Below, in pieces: positions 42,211 through 52,051 of a stretch of 64,000 nt of DNA; position 1 is the stretch's first letter, and every line of letters begins with the position of its first letter. This DNA is from Lachnospiraceae bacterium (GTDB taxonomy: Bacteria; Bacillota; Clostridia; Lachnospirales; Lachnospiraceae), in contig JAILDL010000128.1 of assembly GCA_024689465.1 (NCBI GenBank), positions 2,126 through 66,125 of the forward strand, written 5' to 3'. The position numbers and the translations under genes were made by a program. Under the pieces are notes generated by a model. The model made no database searches. It saw only the letters and a program-made list of their open reading frames with translations, and had not been told where the DNA came from.

Positions 42211-43354
42211 TACGGATCTGATGTTGTATGTGCATATTCCCTTTTGCGTGCGTAAGTGTGCCTACTGCGACTTTTTATCGGCGCCTGCAGGCGATGCGGT
42301 CAGAGAGCAGTATGTAGAGGAATTATGCCGTGAGATCGCAGATTACAAAGGAAAGGCAGGGCACCGACCGGTAAGCTCTGTCTTTTTTGGTGGAGGAACG
42401 CCCTCCCTTTTAACAGGAGAGCAGATGAGCAGGATCCTGGATACGATCCGCAACTGTTTTACCCTGACAGAGGATGCGGAGATCTCCATGGAAATGAATC
42501 CGGGCACGGTGACCATGGAAAACCTGGTGCAGTACAAGGCAGCCGGGGTGGGCCGCATCAGCATCGGTCTGCAGTCCATGCAGGAGGAGGAGCTTAGCCT
42601 CTTAGGACGGATCCATGATGCCCATACCTTTCTGGAGTGCTATGAGATGGCCCGGAAAGCCGGCTTTTCCAATATCAACGTAGACCTGATGATGGGCCTT
42701 CCCGGGCAGAAAAGGGAAGCACTGGCAGATACCCTTAAGAAGGTGACGGATTTATCGCCGGAGCACATTTCTCTCTACAGCCTGATCCTGGAGGAACATA
42801 CGCCGCTGTATGAAACCTATGCTGACAGCGACAAGCTCCTTTCCCAGGAGGAAGACCGGGCATTGTACCATATGGCGGTAGCCATGCTGGAAGAAAAAGG
42901 CTACCACCAGTATGAGATCTCCAACTTTGCCAAAGAGGGCTTTTTCTGCAGGCACAATGAGGGCTACTGGAGAAGAAGACCCTATCTGTCCTTTGGGATC
43001 GGTGCGGCCTCCTTCTTTGAGGAGGTGCGTTGGAACAATACCTCGTCTCTGTCCGACTATCTGGCAGGGGATCATGCACCGGCAGATCAGGAGATATTGA
43101 CCCTTAAGGATGCCATGGAGGAGTTTATGTTCCTGGGCCTTCGGACCACAGCGGGGATCTGCAGGGAGACCTTTGAAGAAGCCTTTGAGGAGGACTATGA
43201 AACAGTTTACGGTGAGGTTACCCGAAAACTCATCGCCCAGGGGCTTTTACAGGAGCGGGAAGAAGGGGGAAAGCACTTTGTTTCCTGCACCGGGGAAGGC
43301 CTGGATCTGAACAATCTGGTGGGAGGAGCCTTCCTGTTAGAGGATGGAGAGTAA
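42200..43354 (+). CDS. hemW: Radical SAM heme chaperone HemW (HemN-like)
   Basis: [16 protein letters not shown]: CxxxCxxC. HemN C-terminal domain. Confidence 0.85.
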   Translation: MMIDTDLMLYVHIPFCVRKCAYCDFLSAPAGDAVREQYVEELCREIADYKGKAGHRPVSSVFFGGGTPSLLTGEQMSRILDTIRNCFTLTEDAEISMEMNPGTVTMENLVQYKAAGVGRISIGLQSMQEEELSLLGRIHDAHTFLECYEMARKAGFSNINVDLMMGLPGQKREALADTLKKVTDLSPEHISLYSLILEEHTPLYETYADSDKLLSQEEDRALYHMAVAMLEEKGYHQYEISNFAKEGFFCRHNEGYWRRRPYLSFGIGAASFFEEVRWNNTSSLSDYLAGDHAPADQEILTLKDAMEEFMFLGLRTTAGICRETFEEAFEEDYETVYGEVTRKLIAQGLLQEREEGGKHFVSCTGEGLDLNNLVGGAFLLEDGE

Positions 43355-43488
43355 CTCCGATTTTCTCACGCTTCCGGTTTTGGAAAATATTCGGAAAATA
43401 GTTGGATGTATGTGGTCGGAACGATTGCATATTTTATCAGAAAATAGGTATAATAGAGATGCAGATGCAGTCAAAAAGGAGTTAGCCT

Positions 43489-44565
43489 ATGCCTTCTGTA
43501 GAAGAAATCCTTAGAAAAGCCAAAGAATCCGGAGCTTCCGACGTACATATCACCGTTGGTATCCCTCCGAAAATGCGTGTAAACGGACATTTGATCACCA
43601 TGGATTATCCCCGAATGATGCCTTCCGATACCCTGGAAGCGCTGTTGCAGATCATGTCCGAGAGCCAGAGAGATATCTTTGAGGAGAGAGGCGAGTACGA
43701 TATGTCCTTCTCCATCCCGACGCTGGGAAGATTCCGTGTAAATGCCTATAAGCAGCGTGGTTCTGTGGCCATGGCACTCCGTCTGGTAGGAACCCAGGTG
43801 CCCAGTACCGAGGAACTGGGACTGCCGGAATCCGTCATCGACTTATACAAGAGAAAACGTGGCCTGGTGCTGGTAACCGGACCGACCGGTAGCGGTAAAT
43901 CCACCACCCTGGCAGCCATTATCGATAAGATCAATCATGAGCGGGAAGCCCATGTTATTACACTGGAAGACCCCATCGAGTATCTGCATTCTCACAAGAT
44001 GGCCATGATCAACCAGCGAGAGATCGGACTGGACTCCGAAAATTACGCCACAGCCCTGCGTGCTGCTCTGCGTGAGGATCCGGACGTGATCCTGGTAGGT
44101 GAGATGCGTGATTTCGAGACCATCAGTATCGCTATTACGGCAGCAGAAACCGGACACCTGGTATTGTCCACCCTGCATACTATCGGCGCGGCTTCCACTG
44201 TGGACCGTGTCATCGACGTATTCCCGCCTCATCAGCAGCAGCAGATCCGTGTACAGTTGGCAAGTACCCTGGAGGCGGTGGTTTCCCAGCAGCTGATCCC
44301 CAAGGAGGACGGCAGCGGTCGTATCGCGGCCTTTGAAGTACTTCATGCCAACTATGCAGTGCGCAACATGATCCGTGAAGGCAAGAGCCACCAGCTGACC
44401 AGCGTAATGCAGACCAACCGCAAGATCGGTATGATCACCATGGACGAAGCGATCATGCAGCTGTACAACGAGCATAAGATCACCAAGGCCAATGCCATCC
44501 AGTTTGCCCAGGATCCCGAATCCATGTCCATGAAGCTGGGCGGCAATCCGGATGCACCGTTCTAA
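43489..44565 (+). CDS. pilT: Type IV pilus retraction ATPase PilT
   Basis: Walker A GPTGSGKST. PilT-specific motifs (AHVITLEDPIEY, GEMRD, HLVLSTLHT). Confidence 0.85.
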   Translation: MPSVEEILRKAKESGASDVHITVGIPPKMRVNGHLITMDYPRMMPSDTLEALLQIMSESQRDIFEERGEYDMSFSIPTLGRFRVNAYKQRGSVAMALRLVGTQVPSTEELGLPESVIDLYKRKRGLVLVTGPTGSGKSTTLAAIIDKINHEREAHVITLEDPIEYLHSHKMAMINQREIGLDSENYATALRAALREDPDVILVGEMRDFETISIAITAAETGHLVLSTLHTIGAASTVDRVIDVFPPHQQQQIRVQLASTLEAVVSQQLIPKEDGSGRIAAFEVLHANYAVRNMIREGKSHQLTSVMQTNRKIGMITMDEAIMQLYNEHKITKANAIQFAQDPESMSMKLGGNPDAPF

Positions 44566-44604
44566 AAAGTACTTGCAATTCCTAACATATCTTGTTATCT
44601 TAGA

Positions 44605-44637
44605 GGATGTCCGCAGAATCGCGGACATCCTTTTTTT
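44605..44637 (+). terminator. Rho-independent terminator after pilT
   Basis: GGATGTCCGC-AGAAT-GCGGACATCC followed by TTTTTTT. Confidence 0.8.
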
Positions 44638-44764
44638 GACCGGTTCCGGTCACAGTCTTCGCATTTCGCGAAGCAGATCACACTTTTTATAGACCAACAT
44701 ACGCAGGACAGGAGTCTTACTGTGCCTTTTTGTCCTGCAAAAGAGGAACACAAGGAGAAACAAT

Positions 44765-46294
44765 ATGTTCAGTACAATTTCATCCATGGCGCTGTGGGGG
44801 ATCCATTCCCTGCCGGTACAGGTAGAAGTGGATGCCTCCACCGGTCTGCCCTGCTTTGATATGGTAGGGATGGCCGGCAGCGAAGTAAAGGAAGCCAGAG
44901 AGCGGGTGCGGGTAGCCCTGCGAAATGTGGGCTGTTCCATTCCGCCCATGCGGGTGACGGTGAACCTGTCTCCCGCCGACGTGCGAAAGGAAGGGTGCGC
45001 CTTTGATGTGCCCATAGCAGTGGGGATCCTGGAGGCACTGGGGCATTTTCCCGCGGAGAGGACCGAAGGCATCGTTTTTCTGGGAGAACTGGGACTGGAC
45101 GGGGAGATCAAGGGTGTCCCCGGCATCCTGCCCCAGGTAAAGAGGGCCAAGGAAGACGGGGCAAAGGCCGTCATGGTTCCCTTTGCCAACCGGGAAGAAG
45201 CGGCGCTGGTGGAGGGGGTAAGTATCTATCCCTTTTCCCATCTGCTGGATCTGCTCTCCTTTTTATCCGGGGAAACGGAAAAGGAACCCTATGCTCCCCA
45301 TGGGGAGGGAGAGCGTGAGCAGGCTTTAAGCGGGGAAAATGTGGACTTTTCCGATGTGGTGGGGCAGGAGAGTGCCAAATATGCGGCCCAGATCGCTGCA
45401 GCAGGCTTCCACCACCTGCTCATGGTGGGAGCACCTGGTGGGGGGAAGACCATGATCGCCCGGCGCATGTCCACCATCCTGCCACCCCTTACAAACGAAG
45501 AAAAACTGGAGGTCACCGCTGTCTATTCCGTTGCGGGAAAACTGAAGGATATGGAAAAGCTTATGGAAAACAGACCCTTTTGCGCGCCCCATCATACCAT
45601 CACGCCCCAGGCACTGGTGGGAGGCGGGATCCATCCCAAGCCCGGCTATGTATCCCTTAGCCATAAAGGGGTTCTTTTTTTGGATGAACTGGCAGAGTTT
45701 CAGCGGACGACGCTGGATGTGATGCGTCAGCCTCTGGAGAGCCGGGTGGCGGAGATCGTGCGCACCGGCGGACAGGTCACCTATCCTGCGGATTTTCTCC
45801 TGGTTGCGGCCACCAACCTCTGCCCCTGCGGCTTTTATCCGGATACGGACCGTTGCAGCTGTACCCCGGGAGAGATCCACCGGTACAAAGCCCGTTTATC
45901 CGGACCGCTGTTAAACCGCATCGATCTGGTGACCCGGGTGGATCCGGTTCTTCCGGGCCTGCTCATCGGCCAGACAACCCAAAAGGGCGTATCCAGTGCC
46001 CAAATGCGGGAAAAGGTGATGGCGGCCAGACAGCGGCAGTTGTTCCGCTTTAAGGATGCATCCATTTCCTTTAATGCTCAGATGGACAACCGGGATCTGG
46101 AACAGTACTGCACCCTGGGAGAAAAGGAAAAACGCCTGATGGAGCAGGCCTATGAAAAACTGCGCCTGACCGCCCGCAGCTATCACAGACTCCTGAAGGT
46201 TGCAAGGACGATCGCCGATCTGGAGGATTGTCCGGACATCCGGGAAGAACACATTCGCAAAGCACTGCTCTATCGTATGAGCGATCAGCTATAG
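44765..46294 (+). CDS. comM: YifB/ComM family Mg-chelatase-like AAA+ ATPase
   Basis: 509 aa. ChlI-like N domain, Walker A GAPGGGKT, C-terminal Mg_chelatase_C. Confidence 0.85.
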   Translation: MFSTISSMALWGIHSLPVQVEVDASTGLPCFDMVGMAGSEVKEARERVRVALRNVGCSIPPMRVTVNLSPADVRKEGCAFDVPIAVGILEALGHFPAERTEGIVFLGELGLDGEIKGVPGILPQVKRAKEDGAKAVMVPFANREEAALVEGVSIYPFSHLLDLLSFLSGETEKEPYAPHGEGEREQALSGENVDFSDVVGQESAKYAAQIAAAGFHHLLMVGAPGGGKTMIARRMSTILPPLTNEEKLEVTAVYSVAGKLKDMEKLMENRPFCAPHHTITPQALVGGGIHPKPGYVSLSHKGVLFLDELAEFQRTTLDVMRQPLESRVAEIVRTGGQVTYPADFLLVAATNLCPCGFYPDTDRCSCTPGEIHRYKARLSGPLLNRIDLVTRVDPVLPGLLIGQTTQKGVSSAQMREKVMAARQRQLFRFKDASISFNAQMDNRDLEQYCTLGEKEKRLMEQAYEKLRLTARSYHRLLKVARTIADLEDCPDIREEHIRKALLYRMSDQL

Positions 46295-46302
46295 GAGGGA
46301 TC

Positions 46303-47472
46303 ATGAACATCAGAGACTGGGAAAAGGAAAAAGAATATCTGTACTTTCTGCAGAAAGTCATGGGCTTTGCCAGAGAGACGGTAAGGAAACTGGTGGAGTA
46401 TTACGGCTCAGCGGAGAATGTCTGCGAAAAGAGCTTTGAGGAGATAAAGGAAAGGCTTGGCAGGCTGTCTGAGGAACGAAAAAAGATCATCCGGAGAAGC
46501 TGGAACAAAGAGTGCTTTGAACAGGTCCGGGAAGAATACCGGAGGGAGGTTAGAGGCAGGATGGAGTATCTGCCCTGGTATCATCCGGATTATCCCCACA
46601 AACTCCGGCAGATTCCCGATGCGCCCTGCGCCCTTTTTTACCGGGGAAAGCTTCCGGATGAGAAAAAGCCTGCCCTGGCCATCATCGGGTCCAGAGGCTG
46701 TTCTGTGTACGGCAGCGGCGCGGCCGGATGGTTTGGAGAGGAAATGGCAAAAAACGGTGTGCAGGTGATCAGCGGCCTTGCAAGGGGGATCGACAGTATC
46801 GCCCAGAAGGCAGCCCTGGATGCAGGAGGAACAAGCTTCGGAATCCTGGGATGCGGAGCGGATGTGTGCTACCCAAGAGAAAATCAGATCATCTACGATC
46901 AGTGCATCAAAAACGGCGGCATCCTGTCGGAATACTTTCCCCATACTCAGCCGGATGGGAAACTGTTCCCGCCCCGGAACCGGATCATCTCGGGACTTTC
47001 CGATGCGGTGCTGGTGGTGGAAGCAAGGAAACGTTCCGGTACCCTGATCACTGTGGATATGGCGCTGGACCAGGGGAGGGACGTGTTCATGCTGCCGGGG
47101 AGAGTTACGGATAAGCTCAGCGAAGGCTGTAATAAAATGATCTCCCAGGGGGCGGAGATGGCTCTGTCTCCCGAGGACCTTCTGGAAAAGCTCTATGGTA
47201 TAAGGAAGAAACAGGAAGAAAACCGGGAGGAAGCGGAAAACGAGGAGGATGCAACACCGGATCTGCTCTCGGTTCTGGACCTGCAGCCCAAAAGTCTGGA
47301 GAGGCTGTTTGAAGAATTAAACACGCTGCGTTTTGCTCAAGGCAAGGAGCCGGTTTCCTCCGTCATGGAGGTGGGAGCCATGCTCATGGAAGCCTGTCTT
47401 TCCGGAACGGCCGTGCAACTGCCGGGCGGTTTTTACCGTCTGGATGATCGCCTGTTCGGAAGGGGAAAATAG
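46303..47472 (+). CDS. dprA: DNA-processing protein DprA (Smf)
   Basis: Rossmann-fold core IIGSRGCSVYG...ISGLARGIDS. ATG at 46303 after a GGAGGG RBS. Confidence 0.85.
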   Translation: MNIRDWEKEKEYLYFLQKVMGFARETVRKLVEYYGSAENVCEKSFEEIKERLGRLSEERKKIIRRSWNKECFEQVREEYRREVRGRMEYLPWYHPDYPHKLRQIPDAPCALFYRGKLPDEKKPALAIIGSRGCSVYGSGAAGWFGEEMAKNGVQVISGLARGIDSIAQKAALDAGGTSFGILGCGADVCYPRENQIIYDQCIKNGGILSEYFPHTQPDGKLFPPRNRIISGLSDAVLVVEARKRSGTLITVDMALDQGRDVFMLPGRVTDKLSEGCNKMISQGAEMALSPEDLLEKLYGIRKKQEENREEAENEEDATPDLLSVLDLQPKSLERLFEELNTLRFAQGKEPVSSVMEVGAMLMEACLSGTAVQLPGGFYRLDDRLFGRGK

Positions 47473-47654
47473 GAAGCGGGAAAATAAAAATTTCAGAAAC
47501 ACTCTTGCAATAAAAAAAATTTTGTTATATAGTTTCATACGATTGTTTGAGAAAAACACTTCATCCGCCAATTTGTCTGATTTTTCCAGACTCTGCGCGG
47601 ATTTTTCCTTCCATGAGGGGACGATTAATTGTGTAGAAGAGAGGGTTATACACT

Positions 47655-49736
47655 ATGGCAAAGTATCTCGTGATCGTGGAGTCACCTGCCAAGGTAAAAA
47701 CGATCAAGAAATTCCTGGGAAGCGATTATCAGGTAGTGGCCAGCAACGGCCATGTAAGAGACCTTCCCAAAAGTGCACTGGGTATCGATGTAGAGCATGA
47801 TTACGAACCCAAATATATCACCATTCGCGGTAAGGGCGATATCCTGGCCATGCTTCGCAAGGAAGTAAAGAAGGCCACCAAGATCTATCTCGCAACCGAC
47901 CCGGACCGCGAGGGAGAAGCCATCAGCTGGCACCTGTATCAGGCGCTGAAGCTGGAAGAGAAGAAAGTATACCGGATCACCTTCAACGAGATCACCAAGA
48001 ACGCTGTGAAGGAATCCTTAAAGAACGCCCGGGAGATCGATATGAACCTGGTAGATGCCCAGCAGGCCAGACGTATTCTGGACCGTATGGTAGGATACCG
48101 GATCTCTCCCCTGCTGTGGTCCAAGATCAAGCGCGGCCTTTCCGCAGGTCGTGTGCAATCCGTGGCACTTCGGATCATCTGCGACAGAGAGCAGGAGATC
48201 GATGCGTTCATTCCCGAAGAATACTGGAGCATGGATGCCATCCTGAACGTCAAAGGGGAAAAGAAACCCCTGGTAGCTCACTATTACGGCACCAGAGACG
48301 GTAAGGTGGAATTAAAGGACGAAGCCCAGGTCAAGGCTTTGGAAAAGAAGCTTAAGAAGGCATCCTTTAAGGTGGCGGAAGTAAAGAAGGGAGAGCGCAT
48401 CCGTAAGAGCCCTCTGCCCTTTACCACATCCACCCTGCAGCAGGAAGCCAGCAAGGTCCTGAATTTCTCTACCCAGAAGACCATGCGGATCGCCCAGCAG
48501 TTATACGAAGGCGTGGAGATCAAGGGAAGCGGGACCGTGGCGCTCATTTCCTACCTGAGAACCGATTCCACCCGTGTATCCGATGAAGCAGTGGCAATGG
48601 CCCATGCCTATATCGGAGAAAAGTTCGGTGATGCTTATCAGCAGGAGAACGTTGCCGAGAAGAAGAACGGTCAGAAGATCCAGGATGCCCACGAAGCCAT
48701 CCGTCCTACGGATATCGCCAATCATCCCCTGGAGATCAAGGATTCCCTTTCCAGAGATCAGTACCGTCTCTATCAGCTGATCTGGCAGCGGTTTACCGCC
48801 AGCCGTATGGCACCTGCCAAATACGAGACCACAACCGTTACCGTGGAAGCAGACGGCGAACTCTTTCGTCTGTCCGCATCGAAACTCCTTTTCGACGGTT
48901 TCATGAAGGTATATACACAGCCGGATGAGGACGAGGATAAGGTGGTTTTATCCAAGGGATTGACCACAGATTCCGTGATCACCCTGGACAATTTTGACAA
49001 TAAGCAGCACTTTACCCAGCCGCCCGCACACTTTACAGAGGCTTCTCTGGTGCGTGCTCTGGAAGAACTGGGCATCGGACGTCCCAGTACCTATGCCCCC
49101 ACCATTACCACCATCCTGGCAAGACATTATGTCACCAAGGAAAACAAGAACCTGTATGTGACCGATCTGGGGGAAGCTGTTAACAAGATGATGAAGGATG
49201 CCTTCCCCAGCATTGTGGATGTTAATTTTACCGCGAATCTGGAGACGCTGCTGGATGGCGTCAGCGAAGGCAGTGTAGGCTGGAAGACTCTGGTAGCCAA
49301 CTTCTATCCCGATCTGGACGAAGCAGTCAAGACGGCGGAGAAGGAGCTGGAGCATGTACAGATCCGGGATGAGGAATCCGATGAGATCTGTGATGTCTGC
49401 GGCCGCAGAATGGTGATCAAGTACGGCCCCCACGGAAAGTTCCTGGCTTGCCCCGGCTTCCCGGATTGCCGCAATACCAAGCCCTATTTTGAGAAGATTG
49501 GCGTAAAATGCCCGCAGTGCGGCGGCGAGATCGTGATCAAGAAGACCAGAAAAGGCAGAAATTATTACGGCTGTCTGAATTATCCGGAATGCGAATACAT
49601 GTCCTGGCAGCGTCCCAGCGGCAAAAAATGCCCCAGATGCGGAGAAGAACTGCTGGTAAAGGGCAACAAGCTGGTATGCAGCAAGGAAGGCTGCGGTTAT
49701 ACCGAAGCAAAACAGGATGCTGCAAAGGGAGAATAA
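47655..49736 (+). CDS. topA: DNA topoisomerase I
   Basis: TOPRIM N-terminus (LVIVESPAKVKTI), catalytic Tyr region, three C-terminal C4 zinc ribbons. Confidence 0.95.
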   Translation: MAKYLVIVESPAKVKTIKKFLGSDYQVVASNGHVRDLPKSALGIDVEHDYEPKYITIRGKGDILAMLRKEVKKATKIYLATDPDREGEAISWHLYQALKLEEKKVYRITFNEITKNAVKESLKNAREIDMNLVDAQQARRILDRMVGYRISPLLWSKIKRGLSAGRVQSVALRIICDREQEIDAFIPEEYWSMDAILNVKGEKKPLVAHYYGTRDGKVELKDEAQVKALEKKLKKASFKVAEVKKGERIRKSPLPFTTSTLQQEASKVLNFSTQKTMRIAQQLYEGVEIKGSGTVALISYLRTDSTRVSDEAVAMAHAYIGEKFGDAYQQENVAEKKNGQKIQDAHEAIRPTDIANHPLEIKDSLSRDQYRLYQLIWQRFTASRMAPAKYETTTVTVEADGELFRLSASKLLFDGFMKVYTQPDEDEDKVVLSKGLTTDSVITLDNFDNKQHFTQPPAHFTEASLVRALEELGIGRPSTYAPTITTILARHYVTKENKNLYVTDLGEAVNKMMKDAFPSIVDVNFTANLETLLDGVSEGSVGWKTLVANFYPDLDEAVKTAEKELEHVQIRDEESDEICDVCGRRMVIKYGPHGKFLACPGFPDCRNTKPYFEKIGVKCPQCGGEIVIKKTRKGRNYYGCLNYPECEYMSWQRPSGKKCPRCGEELLVKGNKLVCSKEGCGYTEAKQDAAKGE

Positions 49737-49822
49737 ACCCTCTTTTGGTCAGTAGGAAAAACATGTAAAAGGTCGAATTTTCGATAAATTAACTTGTTTT
49801 TGCCTAAAATTCAAACAAAATA

Positions 49823-49851
49823 TTGCAAATTGTCGTTTTCTGTGCTAAAGT
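49823..49851 (+). promoter_or_regulatory. SigmaA-type promoter upstream of codY (extended -10)
   Basis: TTGCAA (49823-28), 17-nt spacer, TGcTAAAGT (49843-51). Confidence 0.4.
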
Positions 49852-49945
49852 ATTTGATGTAAACGTACTATTTTAGGGGAGACTATCACGCTGCCAGACG
49901 TGGGGAAGTCTGAATTGGTGCAGCAGAATCGAGGAAATGCAAAAA

Positions 49946-50731
49946 ATGAGTAGTGTACAGTTACTGGACAAAACAAGAAAGATCGGAAAGCTGTTACATA
50001 ACAACAGCTCCAGCAAGGTGGTTTTCAACGATATCTGCCGTGTTATGAGGGATATCATGAATTCCAATGTTTTAGTTATCAGTAAAAAAGGTAAAATTCT
50101 GGGTGTCGGCGAGTCCGAAGGGATCCCTGTGATCCATGAGATGATGGACGACAAGGTAGGCGATTTTATCGATACCGTATTGAATGAGCGCCTTCTGGCC
50201 ATCCTTTCCACCAAGGAAAATGTGAATCTGGCAACCCTGGGATTTGAAGATGACAAGATCAAGTCCTATCAGGCGATCATCACACCCATCGAGATCGCCG
50301 GCGAGAGACTGGGAACCCTGTTCTTCTATAAGCCCGGTTCTCAGTATGATATCGATGATATCATCCTCTGTGAGTACGGCACCACCGTTGTCGGCCTGGA
50401 GATGCTCCGTGCCGTCAGCGAAGAGAATGCGGAAGAGACCCGTAAGGTAGCGGTAGTGAAGTCTGCCATCAATACCCTGTCCTTCTCCGAGATGGAAGCA
50501 ATTACCCACATCTTTGATGAGCTGGACGGCAAGGAAGGTATCCTGGTAGCCAGCAAGATCGCTGACCGTGTGGGCATCACCCGTTCCGTGATCGTAAACG
50601 CCCTTCGTAAGTTTGAAAGTGCCGGCGTCATCGAATCCAGATCCTCCGGTATGAAGGGTACCTACATCAAGGTTTTAAACGATGCGGTATTCTCCGAGAT
50701 CGACGAGCTTAAGACCCGCATCCGCAAATAA
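49946..50731 (+). CDS. codY: GTP-sensing pleiotropic repressor CodY
   Basis: GAF domain plus C-terminal wHTH (ASKIADRVGITRSVIVNALRKFESAGVIESRS). Start at the second ATG (MSSVQLLDKTR), by RBS spacing. Confidence 0.9.
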   Translation: MSSVQLLDKTRKIGKLLHNNSSSKVVFNDICRVMRDIMNSNVLVISKKGKILGVGESEGIPVIHEMMDDKVGDFIDTVLNERLLAILSTKENVNLATLGFEDDKIKSYQAIITPIEIAGERLGTLFFYKPGSQYDIDDIILCEYGTTVVGLEMLRAVSEENAEETRKVAVVKSAINTLSFSEMEAITHIFDELDGKEGILVASKIADRVGITRSVIVNALRKFESAGVIESRSSGMKGTYIKVLNDAVFSEIDELKTRIRK

Positions 50732-50816
50732 GAAACTTACTTCGTAAGTTTCCCAGAACTTACGAAGTAAGTTCCTCCGAAACTTTCTTCGGAAGTTTTC
50801 GTTTGCTTTCGCAAAC
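50732..50816 (+). repeat. Cluster of four consecutive palindromic hairpins immediately after the codY stop (likely codY terminator/attenuator region)
   Basis: GAAACTTAC-TTCG-GTAAGTTTC (perfect), GAACTTAC-GAAG-GTAAGTTC (perfect, and the reverse complement of the first), CGAAACTTTC-TTCG-GAAGTTTTCG (one mismatch), CGTTTGC-TTTC-GCAAACG (perfect). Confidence 0.6.
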
Positions 50817-50835
50817 GTCCCGGTGAAATCCGAAA

Positions 50836-50864
50836 CTAAGATCATAACAATAATATGCCGATAT
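50836..50864 (+). promoter_or_regulatory. Candidate sigmaD/FliA-type promoter (cTAAg ... GCCGATAT)
   Basis: GCCGATAT at 50857-64 exactly matches the sigmaD -10 consensus. A TAA(g) sits about 16-17 nt upstream. Confidence 0.35.
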
Positions 50865-50922
50865 AGTTTATATAACTGAAAAAGGGTGGATGGAACTCGC
50901 CCTGATCCAAAGTTGGCACGAT

Positions 50923-50962
50923 AAAAGGATTTATTGATGAAGATCAGTAAATCCTTTTTTGT
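50923..50962 (+). terminator. Strong rho-independent terminator between codY and flgB
   Basis: AAAGGATTTATTGAT-GAAG-ATCAGTAAATCCTTT (15-bp stem, one G-U pair) followed by TTTGTTTTCC. Confidence 0.7.
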
Positions 50963-51099
50963 TTTCCTGGGGAGAGGGGATGGAAACAGACCGGGAAAGG
51001 TTAAATTACACCTGTGATATTATGACCTGGGAAAACATATATTTAGTGTCTGAGGAGGTCTGAAAACACAACATAAAGTGTAAAAATACCAAAAATCCC

Positions 51100-51128
51100 T
51101 TGTTTTTTCGGTTGATTATCCTATAATA
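51100..51128 (+). promoter_or_regulatory. SigmaA-type promoter of the fla/che operon
   Basis: TTGTTT (51100-05), 17-nt spacer, TATAAT (51123-28), about 35 nt upstream of the flgB RBS. Confidence 0.5.
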
Positions 51129-51162
51129 GAGTAGGATAGGCATAAATGGAGGAGTATATCAA

Positions 51163-51552
51163 ATGATCAACACCAATGCTTATGATTACATCAGTGTTCT
51201 GGGGAAGGCCGCAGATGCATCCTGGCTCCGCAATGAAGCGATCTCGAATAACATCGCCAATGTGGATACCCCCGGATACAAGAGACAGGATGTGAATTTC
51301 GAGGATGTACTGGATCAGGCCCTGGGCCATTCCATGTATACCTCCATGGATACCAAGGTGGCATCCGTTCGCACCGCTTCGCTTGCACCCCGTGTCTACA
51401 CAGACTACGCCGGCTTTTCCTATCGACTGGACGGCAACAATGTGGACATCGACACAGAGAACGTGGTTCTGGCCAAGAACCAGCTGAAGTATACCGGCCT
51501 GATCAACAGCATCACCCAGGAATTTCAGAACCTGCGGACAGCAATGTCCTGA
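51163..51552 (+). CDS. flgB: Flagellar basal-body rod protein FlgB
   Basis: SWLRNEAISNNIANVDTPGYKRQDV. Confidence 0.9.
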   Translation: MINTNAYDYISVLGKAADASWLRNEAISNNIANVDTPGYKRQDVNFEDVLDQALGHSMYTSMDTKVASVRTASLAPRVYTDYAGFSYRLDGNNVDIDTENVVLAKNQLKYTGLINSITQEFQNLRTAMS

Positions 51553-51572
51553 TGTTTGGGAAGGAGTAGTGT

Positions 51573-52025
51573 ATGGGAATCTTTGATACCTTTGATGTGA
51601 ATGCCTCCGGCCTTACCGCGCAGCGGTACCGCATGGATATCATTTCACAGAATGTCGCCAATGCAAACACCACGCGAACTGCAGACGGGACCCCTTATGT
51701 ACGGAAGGTGGTCAGCTTTGAAGAGAAGGGTAAGGGTCTTACCACTTCTTTTTCCCGTGTGTTTGATACCATTCGTTCCAAGTATACCGGCGCCGGCGTA
51801 AGAGTGCGGGGCGTATTTGAGGATACCTGGACCGAAGCCAACATGGTTTACGATCCGTCCCATCCCGATGCGGATGAAAACGGATACGTTACCTATCCCA
51901 ATGTGAATACCATTACCGAGATGACCAACCTGATCGATGCCAGCCGGGCTTACGAAGCCAATGCAACGGCCTTTGAAGCCAGCAAGTCCATGGCAAGCAC
52001 CGGCCTGAGCCTTGGAAAGTCATAA
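51573..52025 (+). CDS. flgC: Flagellar basal-body rod protein FlgC
   Basis: SGLTAQRYRMDIISQNVANANTTR...YPNVNTITEMTNLIDASRAYEAN. Confidence 0.9.
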   Translation: MGIFDTFDVNASGLTAQRYRMDIISQNVANANTTRTADGTPYVRKVVSFEEKGKGLTTSFSRVFDTIRSKYTGAGVRVRGVFEDTWTEANMVYDPSHPDADENGYVTYPNVNTITEMTNLIDASRAYEANATAFEASKSMASTGLSLGKS

Positions 52026-52051
52026 GGGTTTAATCCTTAGAAAGGGATCCT

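Noticed and set aside
47487-47505. CodY-box-like AAAATTTCAGAAACA upstream of topA, and AATTTTCGATAAATT at 49777-49791 upstream of codY
   Set aside because: Each has 3-4 mismatches to the AATTTTCWGAAAATT consensus. This is too weak to call without a genome-wide motif model.
50935-51018. 27-aa ORF (MKISKSFFVFLGRGDGNRPGKVKLHL) inside the terminator hairpin
   Set aside because: It begins inside a strong terminator stem and has no conservation evidence. It is mentioned only as a possibility within the sRNA finding.
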